From IMG/VR virus record IMGVR_UViG_3300009703_001822: a stretch of 64,000 nt of DNA; one strand, written 5' to 3'. Below, piece after piece: positions 27,278 through 36,535 of this stretch (the stretch's first letter is position 1; every line of letters begins with the position of its first letter). The notes beneath the pieces were generated by a model that made no database searches, was not told where the DNA came from, and was given only the letters and a program-made list of their open reading frames with translations. The DNA comes from a virus. Position numbers and translations under genes: made by a program.

Positions 27278-27716
27278 AGAAGAAGTTTACGAACAACTAA
27301 AAATAGATGAAGGAGTAGTCTATGCAATCTACAACGATCACCTCGGGTATCCCACCTTTGGAGTCGGTCACCTTATCAAGGAGAGTGACACGGAACATGG
27401 AAGGCCAGTTGGAACTCCAATTGACGAAGAAAGAGTTAGGTCGTGTTTCGAACAAGACCTTGACATTGCCATTGGAGAGTGTTCAGCTTTATACGGAGAG
27501 AGGGAATTTGGAGAACTACCCGATCCAGTCCAGCAAATCTTGGTTAATATGATGTTTAACATGGGACGAACTAGACTATCTAAGTTTAAAAAAATGAACG
27601 CAGCTATAGCAGAAGGAGATTGGAAAACTGCAGCTGTTGAAGGTAGGGATAGTCGTTGGTATAACCAAGTTAGAAATAGAGCTGAAAGATTGATGAAAAG
27701 ATTGGAAGTAGTTTAG
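27270..27716 (+). CDS. T4-type (GH24) lysozyme/endolysin
   Basis: LKIDEG..IYND.LGYPTFGVGHL (E-D-T triad), NMMFNMG, DSRWYNQV.NRA.RL. Start at ATG 27270. Confidence 0.92.
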   Translation: MNREEVYEQLKIDEGVVYAIYNDHLGYPTFGVGHLIKESDTEHGRPVGTPIDEERVRSCFEQDLDIAIGECSALYGEREFGELPDPVQQILVNMMFNMGRTRLSKFKKMNAAIAEGDWKTAAVEGRDSRWYNQVRNRAERLMKRLEVV

Positions 27717-30622
27717 ACCATTCGTCTATCATAATACCTTTCAATGGTACTATAATTATTTCTCACGCCTGGTGAGCCTATAGCAACTGCTACTTTACTG
27801 TCTGCTTTAGGAGCTGCCGGTGCTTGTGTAGTATTGTTTACTACAACGGGAGCGCTAGAATCCATAGTATCTGCCTCTTTACCTAAACGAGTCATGTTAT
27901 CCACAGCTTGTCCTGTGGGCGATACACTTGATTCAATACTGCCACGGGGCGAGTTGGGGTGGACTGCATCCCATGTTCTCCGAGATATCTCTTCCTCACT
28001 AAGTCCTGTATCCTTTAGAATTTGAGCGTGCTCTTTCATAAATTCTTCATCATTCTCTGCAGCCAGTGGATTGAATATATTGTATCTTTGGTTCATTCCG
28101 CCTTCCATTGTCGCTCTATCCATTTCTGATACTTCTGTTCCAAATGGACCTTGGAAAGTTTCGTTGTTAAACACTGCTGCCGAGGCTGATGTACCTTCAA
28201 AGTCAAGGTCAGTTCTGTCTACTCCTCCTATTGCTTGAATTTCTCCTTCATTATTCATTAACGCTTTTACAATGGCAGCATTTTTAATAGCGGCTTTATC
28301 ATTATCTGATATATCTTCTCCCGCTTCTTTCAATAGTTTATCTTCTATCTGTTTAGCTTCTTGTTTAATTTTGCCTGCAAGAGCGCTATCTTTATCTTCA
28401 ATTTGTCTCATTGCTGTATCAGCTTGTGCGTTTGACTCTTCTAACTCACTTGCACTAACTGGAATAGCATCTGCTATTTTACCACCAGCTTTCTTGCCTA
28501 ACCAACTACCACCAAAGTAACCAATAGCTCCACCAATTAATCCACCAATTGCTGTTCCTACAACAGGAACAACAGAGCCAATTGCTGCACCAGCAGCTGC
28601 TCCTGCTATAGCTCCTCCTGCTCCACCTGTACCTTCACCTATTGCCTCACCTTTTGCTACTTGTTCTTCTTCAGCTGTTAATTGTCCGGCATCAGCCATT
28701 GCCTCAGCTTCTCTACTTCCAGATACTGCTGTATAAATCCCAGCCCCTACACCAGCTACAGCTGCTAATGGGCCTCCAAATCTAGCTGCGCCTTTAAGTA
28801 ATCCTTTTGCTCCTCTAGCAAATCTTCCACCTTTACCTTTACCTTTACCTTTATTCTTACCGCCTCCGCCAACGGGTGGAAACATTCCTCCACCGCCACC
28901 GCCACCGCCTGATGCAGTTTGTTCTAACTGTTCTAATATTTTTTGTAATGTTTCTTCTGTTGCTGGTTTGTCAGAATCTTTAGATGTACCCGATCTTCCA
29001 GATACTAATTTTTCTCTTTTACTTTGTTTTCCTGCTGCTCCTGTACCAGCTGCTTCAAGTGTTTCAGATGCTTGAGCTACACTTTCTCCTGATGTACCAT
29101 CTATTTGAACAACATCTCCTCCAGGTGTTCCTATACCGTATTGTTCGCTCCATTCTTTTTTCTTCTTATCTTCCCAAGTTTCTTTAGGATCGCCTGTAAG
29201 ACCTAATCCTTCATCTCCTTGCATACGCTCCATTGCGTCTTTTTGACTTTCAATTTCAAACCCTTGTTGTACATTTTCTTGGAATTGTAGTCTGCCTTGT
29301 AGTCCTTCTACATTAGCTAATTTTCCTGTGCCTGCTTTACCGAAGAATCTATCGGCTCCAAATGCCTCACCCAATCCTTTCTTAGATAAAATATCTGTTC
29401 CTGCATTTATACCTAAGAAATTTGTTTTAATTCCTGTTCCTAAATTTTTAAGAAATCCACCTTGTGATTTATCTGCTACAGAATCCAGGCCTAATTTACC
29501 TGCTAGTTCTTCACCACCTGTCTTTTTTAATTTTTCAATTTTTTCCATTACATCTTTTTTAGTGCCTTTGCCTGTTTGCATGGCTGAAAAAGCTGCTGTT
29601 AATTCTGATAAACTTCCTTGTGCTGCCTCATTATTGTCTAATGCTTTTTGTACTTCTGCTGCGTTATATCCTATGTTTTTAGAAAGTTCTGCTGCTCCCT
29701 CAGAGGCTCTAAATTGGGAACCAGATCTTGTTGTACCCACTAACCCTTGTGATATTCTAACATCTTCTGCTAACGCTTTAACAGGGTCTGTGGCTGTAAA
29801 TTTGTTTGTATCGGCGTCTCTGAATTTGGCAGTTCCTGTTGTATAATCTCCAGCTCTTTTAATATTTTTACCACCAATTCTTAATTGTTCACCTTCTTTA
29901 AATGTAAGCATTCCGCCTTCATTCTTCCATTGTCCACTTAATTCGTCACCTGTTATTTTTTGTTTGTTTAAACTTTTGTCAGTAGTTTTTACATTCTTAC
30001 CCAAATCATGAATGTCTGTTACATTCCTTTCTCTCTTTAATGCAGCCTGATCTCTATCATATTGTGCTGCGTAGTCGGCGTCTGACATGCCATATCCAGA
30101 ACGCTTATCTTTTGTATCAAGTTTTTTACCTGATCCTGATATTGTAGTTTTATCTGCAGTCTTTTTAATTTGTTCACTATCTGCTGCTAGTTTAGAATCT
30201 GTTTGTGCGCTTGCTGATTGTGTATCGGATACTGTTTTTTGTATATTATCTAACCCGTCCAGTTTTTTCATTATCTGTTGGTTTTGTTCTAATATAAGTT
30301 CTCGAGCTACTTTTGCACCCGTGTTATGTTTCCTTTGCTTTTTATTATCATCTATAAGTTGCTTCTCAACAGCTGCAGTCTTAGCTCTGTCCTTCCTTTC
30401 AACATTAAACATAATGACTTCTTTAGCAATTTGAAGTGCATTAGCTTTTTTGTTAGATTGGGCGTCGTCTTTTAATTGAGATGTATCAGCAGCAGTATCG
30501 TCGTGTCTTTCATGTAGAGCTTGTTCCAGCTCTTTCATTTCCGAAGACTGAGCTATATCCGACTCTTTCGGATCTAACTCTTTCATCTTTGCTAATATTT
30601 CTTCTATCTTTTTATCGGACAT
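27713..30622 (-). CDS. tape measure / baseplate hub gp29-like protein
   Basis: 969-aa helical Ala/Gly/Lys-rich protein with Gly-zipper TM region and APVVVNN C-terminus; follows gp26/gp51. Confidence 0.7.
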   Translation of the reverse strand: MSDKKIEEILAKMKELDPKESDIAQSSEMKELEQALHERHDDTAADTSQLKDDAQSNKKANALQIAKEVIMFNVERKDRAKTAAVEKQLIDDNKKQRKHNTGAKVARELILEQNQQIMKKLDGLDNIQKTVSDTQSASAQTDSKLAADSEQIKKTADKTTISGSGKKLDTKDKRSGYGMSDADYAAQYDRDQAALKRERNVTDIHDLGKNVKTTDKSLNKQKITGDELSGQWKNEGGMLTFKEGEQLRIGGKNIKRAGDYTTGTAKFRDADTNKFTATDPVKALAEDVRISQGLVGTTRSGSQFRASEGAAELSKNIGYNAAEVQKALDNNEAAQGSLSELTAAFSAMQTGKGTKKDVMEKIEKLKKTGGEELAGKLGLDSVADKSQGGFLKNLGTGIKTNFLGINAGTDILSKKGLGEAFGADRFFGKAGTGKLANVEGLQGRLQFQENVQQGFEIESQKDAMERMQGDEGLGLTGDPKETWEDKKKKEWSEQYGIGTPGGDVVQIDGTSGESVAQASETLEAAGTGAAGKQSKREKLVSGRSGTSKDSDKPATEETLQKILEQLEQTASGGGGGGGGMFPPVGGGGKNKGKGKGKGGRFARGAKGLLKGAARFGGPLAAVAGVGAGIYTAVSGSREAEAMADAGQLTAEEEQVAKGEAIGEGTGGAGGAIAGAAAGAAIGSVVPVVGTAIGGLIGGAIGYFGGSWLGKKAGGKIADAIPVSASELEESNAQADTAMRQIEDKDSALAGKIKQEAKQIEDKLLKEAGEDISDNDKAAIKNAAIVKALMNNEGEIQAIGGVDRTDLDFEGTSASAAVFNNETFQGPFGTEVSEMDRATMEGGMNQRYNIFNPLAAENDEEFMKEHAQILKDTGLSEEEISRRTWDAVHPNSPRGSIESSVSPTGQAVDNMTRLGKEADTMDSSAPVVVNNTTQAPAAPKADSKVAVAIGSPGVRNNYSTIERYYDRRMV

Positions 30623-30624
30623 TT

Positions 30625-30822
30625 TTAATATTTCCTTGTTTCTGCTCTTTCTTTAGCCTTCTCAGCTTTCTGTTTCAGATGTAGAATTAGCATATTGACA
30701 TAAACTTCCCTTTCCCAAGGCATCATGTTTTCTAGCTCTGTCAGACTATATTGATGCTCTTGCATTAACAAAAAGTTAGTCTTGTAATAGTTTCCAAGAC
30801 TCTCCTGAGAAAGGATTAGGCG
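30625..30822 (-). CDS. gp51: gp51-like baseplate/tail assembly chaperone segment (not in ORF track); likely reached by -1 frameshift from gp26
   Basis: LSQESLGNYYKTNFLLMQEHQYSLTELENMMPWEREVYVNMLILHL; the first ATG (30765) lies inside the family motif. Confidence 0.8.
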   Translation of the reverse strand, partial: RLILSQESLGNYYKTNFLLMQEHQYSLTELENMMPWEREVYVNMLILHLKQKAEKAKERAETRKY

Positions 30823-31508
30823 AAAAAATGTTCGTACCCATTGATATTAATTATTTGTTCTGCCTCACAATGTGGACATTTATAATCAATATTATGTGAT
30901 AGAATAGGTATCGCTCTAAGAAATTCTCTCATTTCACCAAATGATTCTACAGGAAGATTTTCTACAAACTCTTGTAGCTCTTCTCTTGTAACATCATTAA
31001 TACTAACTTCTTCCTCTTCTGTTATGATAGATTCTATACAGTTAGCAATAGTATCAATATCTGACTGTTTATCCTCAGCTACTACATCAAGAGCACGAGG
31101 ATATCTCATTTTAATAACAAACTCTTCTCCTACTTTGACTTCATTGTCAGGTAAGGAGTCTAAACCTTTGACTGTTAAGTCTTTAAGTTCCATCTCATAT
31201 TTTGTGGATTTTTTACATTCTCCACAAACAAGATTGAACTCTTGTGTGCTTCCTATTGAAGCCTCTCGAATTCTTATGAATAAGTCTTGCATATCAAACA
31301 TAGCTAATTTAGTAGCATCGAGTTTATCGAATGTACAATTTTCTATAATTTGTCCACAAGCATTAATCATGTCTTTGAATTCTTCACTTTCACTAGCCAA
31401 CATAAGAATCTTTTCTTCCTTTACAAGAAAGGGTCTGAACTTTACAGTCTCTCCTGTAGATGGAACAGTAGTCTCAAATATTGGTGTTTCTACTTTAGGT
31501 AATGACAT
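30816..31508 (-). CDS. gp26: baseplate hub assembly protein gp26-like
   Basis: MSLPK..PSTGETVKFRPFLVKEEKILMLA, CGEC/CPHC, ends GYEHFFA. Confidence 0.88.
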   Translation of the reverse strand: MSLPKVETPIFETTVPSTGETVKFRPFLVKEEKILMLASESEEFKDMINACGQIIENCTFDKLDATKLAMFDMQDLFIRIREASIGSTQEFNLVCGECKKSTKYEMELKDLTVKGLDSLPDNEVKVGEEFVIKMRYPRALDVVAEDKQSDIDTIANCIESIITEEEEVSINDVTREELQEFVENLPVESFGEMREFLRAIPILSHNIDYKCPHCEAEQIININGYEHFFA

Positions 31509-31522
31509 ATTTTATCTCCAAA

Positions 31523-32359
31523 TTAATCATCAGAATTAAACGCAGGCAAGTAATCGCCACCGGTTCTAGTAAGCTCTCTATCAAGACCTGTTATAACTTC
31601 TTGAACATTGTTAGGATCTTGTGAGTAATGGCCTTTTTTACTTGGCACGAAGGAAACTTTTCCATCTCCATCTTTTTCTAATTTACCCGAATTCACTCCT
31701 GTGTTGTTCTCTTTGTATCCGTTACTAAGAACCATTTTAGCTTCCATATCACTTTTGTAAGGTCCATAAACTTCTGAAGAGTCCCAATACGCTGATGATA
31801 TTATTAATGTATTTCTAACAGCACTTACAGTTCCACTAGACAGAGGTACCAAGTTAATTACTTTAGGCATAGCCTCATATAGAGTCCATTGTTTTTTAAC
31901 ATTGTCCTGTACATCTAATGCTTTAATAATTATTTCTGTTGTTACACTATCGGGATAACCTATTTCTTGGCTGACAGTATCAGCACAAGCGTTTACCCAA
32001 TGTTCAAAGAAACTTCTCAAGAACCAATCTTGATCTGTAAGAAATGTAAAGTTAATTTCGTTTCCTAAGAAACCTACTTTTGTGTTTCTAAAGAAAGTCC
32101 AAGGACCTACATTATATTCTTTGTTACTTAATATCATACCAGGTATTTGTACTTCTTCACAAAATAGACAAACATCGGTTGTAAGATTTTTAACACCATC
32201 GGCATATTGCCAGTTCTTAAGATCTTCATTTGCTGATGGGCCTTCAATTAATTTACCAATATTGAATTCTACTTCAAATCTTTCTGCACGGGCAAAGGTT
32301 CTTTGTTTAAGTTCCTCTCTATACCGTTTAAAGGTTCCCCATGATTTTCCTTGAGCCAC
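31523..32359 (-). CDS. tail-tube-fold protein (gp54 initiator / gp19-like)
   Basis: ARAERFEV..LFCEEVQIPG..INFTFL.D.DW.LRSFFEHW..LYEAMPK. Confidence 0.7.
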   Translation of the reverse strand: MAQGKSWGTFKRYREELKQRTFARAERFEVEFNIGKLIEGPSANEDLKNWQYADGVKNLTTDVCLFCEEVQIPGMILSNKEYNVGPWTFFRNTKVGFLGNEINFTFLTDQDWFLRSFFEHWVNACADTVSQEIGYPDSVTTEIIIKALDVQDNVKKQWTLYEAMPKVINLVPLSSGTVSAVRNTLIISSAYWDSSEVYGPYKSDMEAKMVLSNGYKENNTGVNSGKLEKDGDGKVSFVPSKKGHYSQDPNNVQEVITGLDRELTRTGGDYLPAFNSDD

Positions 32360-32983
32360 TTACTTTCTCCTACTTAATGCCGCTGTATTTACTGACATGC
32401 GTCGTTTTCTTTCTGGTTTTTCCATTGTGTTTTGATATACAGTTCTCTCTGTAGCTCCTACAAATTTTTGTACAGGAAGAAATATAGCTGATTTCCAATT
32501 TTTAGGATCTACTTCTATCATCTCTCCTGTTATATTAGCTGTTAAATATTTTTTAACAGAACCTCTAACTTCTGGGAACCTTGAGAAGTTTCTTACAGAA
32601 GCCCATGTTGATCTTAATGTACTTTTATCTGTAATATTTTGCTGATCTACAGGATATATTTTATCCAATAGATTAGCTCTAAATGTAGGAGCCAGATAAT
32701 GTAAATTAATACCACTAAAACCTTGTGGCATAGGTTCTGTAATCACTACAAGAGGAACAGTATCATAATAAGGTAAGTCTGCTTTCCATTTAGGATCGTA
32801 AGAAAACATATACATTTTACCTACTTCTAATTGTCTAGCTTTTTTACCAAGATCTGTACTTCGTGCCTCTTGGAATGTATTAACTCCTCTAGCATAATCA
32901 CGGACAGCACGAACATACCATTGGACTGATCTGTCCAAGTTATCTCCAGCTGCTTGTCGTATGTCTGCAAAAGGTGTCGCCAT
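32360..32983 (-). CDS. gp2: DNA end protector gp2
   Basis: GKMYMFSYDPKWK..LPYYD..PLV, GINLHYL, AIFLPVQKF; late promoter at 32989-32996. Confidence 0.9.
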   Translation of the reverse strand: MATPFADIRQAAGDNLDRSVQWYVRAVRDYARGVNTFQEARSTDLGKKARQLEVGKMYMFSYDPKWKADLPYYDTVPLVVITEPMPQGFSGINLHYLAPTFRANLLDKIYPVDQQNITDKSTLRSTWASVRNFSRFPEVRGSVKKYLTANITGEMIEVDPKNWKSAIFLPVQKFVGATERTVYQNTMEKPERKRRMSVNTAALSRRK

Positions 32984-32996
32984 GTAAGTATTTATA

Positions 32997-33443
32997 CTAG
33001 ATACCCAATTCTTTTTCAGTAACTATCTTAAATTCCATGCCTTGAGCTTTACAAAAATCCTTTGCATGTTTCCATTTGGCCTCGTTTACTCCGTATTGTG
33101 CTATCTCTTGCAGATGTCTTTTGGTTCTACGCTTCTGAGGTGAGGGAGGTTTAGTAAATCTTTCTGGTTTTACTTCGATTAAATATTTCTTTATCTTATT
33201 TTTTTCTTGTACTTCTATATAGAAATCAACCATATACCTATGTACTTTATTGTCTAAAGGATTACGATAGGGTATTGCAATCTCTTCTGATACCCAACCT
33301 TTTATAGAACTGCTTAGATCACACCAGTTCATAAACTTTAATTCATAACTTGATCTATAGGTTATTGCATTGAAGTCGCCAAGATATTTCATTGGATTAC
33401 GAGGAATAAACTTTCCTTTATATATTTCTTTGGCATAAACCAT
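32997..33443 (-). CDS. gp4: head completion nuclease gp4
   Basis: YKGKFIPRNP.KY.GD...YRSSYE..FM.WCD..W.SEE..IPY..YMVDF..IEVKP..N.AKW. Start reassigned to 33443. Confidence 0.92.
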   Translation of the reverse strand: MVYAKEIYKGKFIPRNPMKYLGDFNAITYRSSYELKFMNWCDLSSSIKGWVSEEIAIPYRNPLDNKVHRYMVDFYIEVQEKNKIKKYLIEVKPERFTKPPSPQKRRTKRHLQEIAQYGVNEAKWKHAKDFCKAQGMEFKIVTEKELGI

Positions 33444-33477
33444 ATAAATAAGAATATAAGTTAAATAACTATTTATT
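33443..33477. promoter_or_regulatory. overlapping divergent late promoters for gp48 (+, TATAAATA 33443-50) and gp4 (-, AATAAATA 33470-77)
   Basis: Consensus octamers on both strands in the gp4/gp48 gap. Confidence 0.6.
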
Positions 33478-33487
33478 AGGATAATAT

Positions 33488-34630
33488 ATGGCAAGTTCCG
33501 ATAAACATTTAGAAAGAGGAGGTACCTACTTCAAATACCCACAAGAACTAGGGCAAGCACAGTTTCCTCATGCTGTTAAATTTTATGTAAATGCTCGAAA
33601 AACTGTAGCAGTAAACAACGAAATTGCCGCTTTCGAATTTACTGACGAGGAAAGACAAAAATTTAATAATGAAAATAGATCCAGTTCAGAACAATACGAA
33701 ACAGCAGCAATGATTTCTGGAGGTTTGGCTGCAGCTGTAGGTACCTATGCAGCAGCAAAAGGTATTACAGGAGAGGGTGTATCAGGCATGATGAGAACAG
33801 TACAAGTGGGTGCAGGTGCCACTGTTGGTGCAGGAATTGCATCTGCAGTTGCAGATAATATGGAACAAGTAAGATTGAAGAATGCGATATCCTTATTCAT
33901 ACCTCAATCAGTCGTTGCAGGATATACAGCCAATTGGGACGAAGCAGATTTAGGACCTGTAGCAGGTATGTTAGGAACAGGCGGTATTTCTAGTGGCGAT
34001 GCATTAGTGGGTAACGCAGCAGAACTTATAGGTAGAGGATTAGTATCAGGTGCAGCGAATATAGCATCCTCAGTAGGTATAGGAGATATTAACTTTAGTG
34101 GAATGTTTGAAGCTACAAGTAAGAAAGTAGAAAATCCATACAAAGAACAATTATTTAAATCAATGGGATTTAGGCAGTTTTCTTTTCAGTATAACTTTTC
34201 ACCTAAAAACGAAGGTGAAGCAAAAGAGGTTCAAGACATTGTAAAATTGTTTAAAGAAAACATGCACCCTTCTGTAGACGAGTCAGGATTGTTTTTAATT
34301 TATCCTTCAGAATTTTCTATAGAGTTTCAATCATTAGATAGTGCCGGCGAGCTAGTAAGAAATCATAACTTACCTGCAATATCATCTTGTGCATTAAAAA
34401 ATGTTAAGGTTACATATGGTCCTGATGGTATGTTTAACGCATTTAAAAATTCAGGCGGTATGCCAACTGAAACTACTATGGAATTACAATTTGTAGAACT
34501 AGAAACTCTCACAAGAGAAAGAATAAATGAATTGGAACCAACTCAAAAAGAAGTAGAAAAAGAAAAGAAAGAGGAAAAAGAACCTGAAGCACCCGTAGCC
34601 CAGAGGGGACATATAGGAAGGAGTATCTAA
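33488..34630 (+). CDS. gp48: baseplate tail-tube cap gp48
   Basis: NPYKEQLFKSMGFRQFSFQYNFSPKN..EA..V..IVK.FK..MHP; L.FVELE.LT. Confidence 0.88.
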   Translation: MASSDKHLERGGTYFKYPQELGQAQFPHAVKFYVNARKTVAVNNEIAAFEFTDEERQKFNNENRSSSEQYETAAMISGGLAAAVGTYAAAKGITGEGVSGMMRTVQVGAGATVGAGIASAVADNMEQVRLKNAISLFIPQSVVAGYTANWDEADLGPVAGMLGTGGISSGDALVGNAAELIGRGLVSGAANIASSVGIGDINFSGMFEATSKKVENPYKEQLFKSMGFRQFSFQYNFSPKNEGEAKEVQDIVKLFKENMHPSVDESGLFLIYPSEFSIEFQSLDSAGELVRNHNLPAISSCALKNVKVTYGPDGMFNAFKNSGGMPTETTMELQFVELETLTRERINELEPTQKEVEKEKKEEKEPEAPVAQRGHIGRSI

Positions 34631-35148
34631 TGTATTTTAAAGCACTGCCTAAAATGAAATATCCAGTTCCAACTTCTGACGGCAAAATTAAAGGTAAGAT
34701 TGTTACTGATATTTTTAGGCGTGTTCAATTAGATAGATTTTTTACTAATAGACAAACATTAGTAGATATTATTCTTGACGATAACGACACACCAGAAAGT
34801 GTAGCATATAACTATTATGGCTCTACACAATATCATTGGTTAGTATTGTTGTCTAATAGTATTGTAGATGTGGATAGAGAATGGCCGTTGTCTTATAACC
34901 AACTTAATGATTATATAGCAGATAAGTATGGAGCAAATAATTCTCAAGATGTACATCATTATGTAGACGCTACAAGAGAAGATATAATTGTAGATTGGGA
35001 CGCAGGAAAATTAGCTGCTGGAGAAATAAAAGAAGTTACAAACTTTACATACGAAAACGATAAAAACGATAACAAAAGACAAATATTTTTATTAGATAAA
35101 AGATTCCTTAAGGACATAGTTACACAGTATAAAAAATTGGTGAAGTAA
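34630..35148 (+). CDS. gp53: baseplate wedge gp53
   Basis: MYFK..P, TPE.VAYNYYGS..YHWLVLL.N, EWPL, VHHY. Confidence 0.9.
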   Translation: MYFKALPKMKYPVPTSDGKIKGKIVTDIFRRVQLDRFFTNRQTLVDIILDDNDTPESVAYNYYGSTQYHWLVLLSNSIVDVDREWPLSYNQLNDYIADKYGANNSQDVHHYVDATREDIIVDWDAGKLAAGEIKEVTNFTYENDKNDNKRQIFLLDKRFLKDIVTQYKKLVK

Positions 35149-35152
35149 TATC

Positions 35153-36535
35153 ATGGCGGAAACAACCGACGAACAATTAAATAAACCCGGTGATGTAAGA
35201 GTAGATGAGTTATTCATCACATTATCTAATGGTGAAAATTATGATCTATTACCCTTCTTTGTAGAATTAAATTTATATGAAGATGTGTGGAATGTTTTCC
35301 TTTCAGGAAATGTTATTTTAAAAGACGCTATTAATTTAATTGGTACAGGACCTATTGCAGGTGGAGAAGGTATTACAATGAAATTAAGAACACCTACTTA
35401 TGATGATATACCTGAAAATGTAATAGACAAAACATTTCAAATATATGCTATAAAAGATAGAGTTTTAAATAACGATAGAGAGCAAATTTATATACTACAT
35501 TTTATTTCTATAGAAGGAATGAATGATCAAGGTGTAGTATTGTCCCAAAGATTCCAAGGTAATACAGGTGAAATAGCAGAAAAAATATATGCAGATTATG
35601 TAGTAGAATCTAGAAGACCCTTAGAAGGTACAGAACCTACAAAGATGCTTATAGGAGATTTACCACACGCTTCTAAAGTAAATTTTCTAGCAAACTTATG
35701 GACACCAATACAAACATTACAATTTTTATCTAAGTATTGTAAGGGCAACAAACACATAGGAGCTGATTTCATATTTTTTGAAAGTAATAAACAGTTTTAT
35801 TATACATCAATACAAAATTTAATATCAGCACAAAGGGATTTAATATTTGACGAATATATTTATACGCCTCCAGGCATGGATTTGCCTCACAGAGATGGTG
35901 GAGAAACTTATACAGGAGTTAAATTACCTAAGACATTCGTTACTATAAGTTCTATACAAGTACCTAGAACAATTGATATTATAAATGGACAAGATAGTGG
36001 GTATTATTCTCAAACTGTAAGAGCATATGATTTGTTTACAAAAGAAAGAGTAGAACAGAAGTTAGATGTAAGAGAAGACTTTGATAAGTTTGCTCACACA
36101 GATCCTGGAATACCTATACCAGAAGGCATACAAAGAAATCCTTTTGCAATGACTACAATAAAAGTTTTAAATAGTGTAAACAATATGACACAATCATTTA
36201 ACTTGCCAGGCTCATCATCAGGTAATTCAGATAATGAAAATATAATTGGTGCAAGTTTATATAGAGACAATTATTTTAATTCTTTCAAGGACTATACATT
36301 TGAAATAGAAGCTCCTGGAAGAACAGATATAGAAGTAGGAAGACTAATTAATTTACAATACCCTTCTCCTATAACTAAAACAGAAGATGTAAATCCAGAC
36401 GATTTGTTTGATAAACAATTATCTGGTAAATATTTAATAACAGCAATAAGACATAAAATAGATACTGTTGCACATATAATGAAAATGGAAATAGTTAAAA
36501 ATGGATTACCAGAATCCATGGGGGAGCCTGAATAA
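35153..36535 (+). CDS. baseplate hub protein (gp27-like)
   Basis: Lies between gp53 and gp5; LYEDV..LSG..D, FIFFE, SGKYLITAIRH. Confidence 0.7.
   Translation: MAETTDEQLNKPGDVRVDELFITLSNGENYDLLPFFVELNLYEDVWNVFLSGNVILKDAINLIGTGPIAGGEGITMKLRTPTYDDIPENVIDKTFQIYAIKDRVLNNDREQIYILHFISIEGMNDQGVVLSQRFQGNTGEIAEKIYADYVVESRRPLEGTEPTKMLIGDLPHASKVNFLANLWTPIQTLQFLSKYCKGNKHIGADFIFFESNKQFYYTSIQNLISAQRDLIFDEYIYTPPGMDLPHRDGGETYTGVKLPKTFVTISSIQVPRTIDIINGQDSGYYSQTVRAYDLFTKERVEQKLDVREDFDKFAHTDPGIPIPEGIQRNPFAMTTIKVLNSVNNMTQSFNLPGSSSGNSDNENIIGASLYRDNYFNSFKDYTFEIEAPGRTDIEVGRLINLQYPSPITKTEDVNPDDLFDKQLSGKYLITAIRHKIDTVAHIMKMEIVKNGLPESMGEPE

Noticed and set aside
27834-31539. Plus-strand ORFs antisense to the tape measure and gp26 genes, and similar antisense ORFs throughout (e.g. 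49916..50623)
   Set aside because: They overlap well-supported genes on the opposite strand and have no SD or recognisable motifs.
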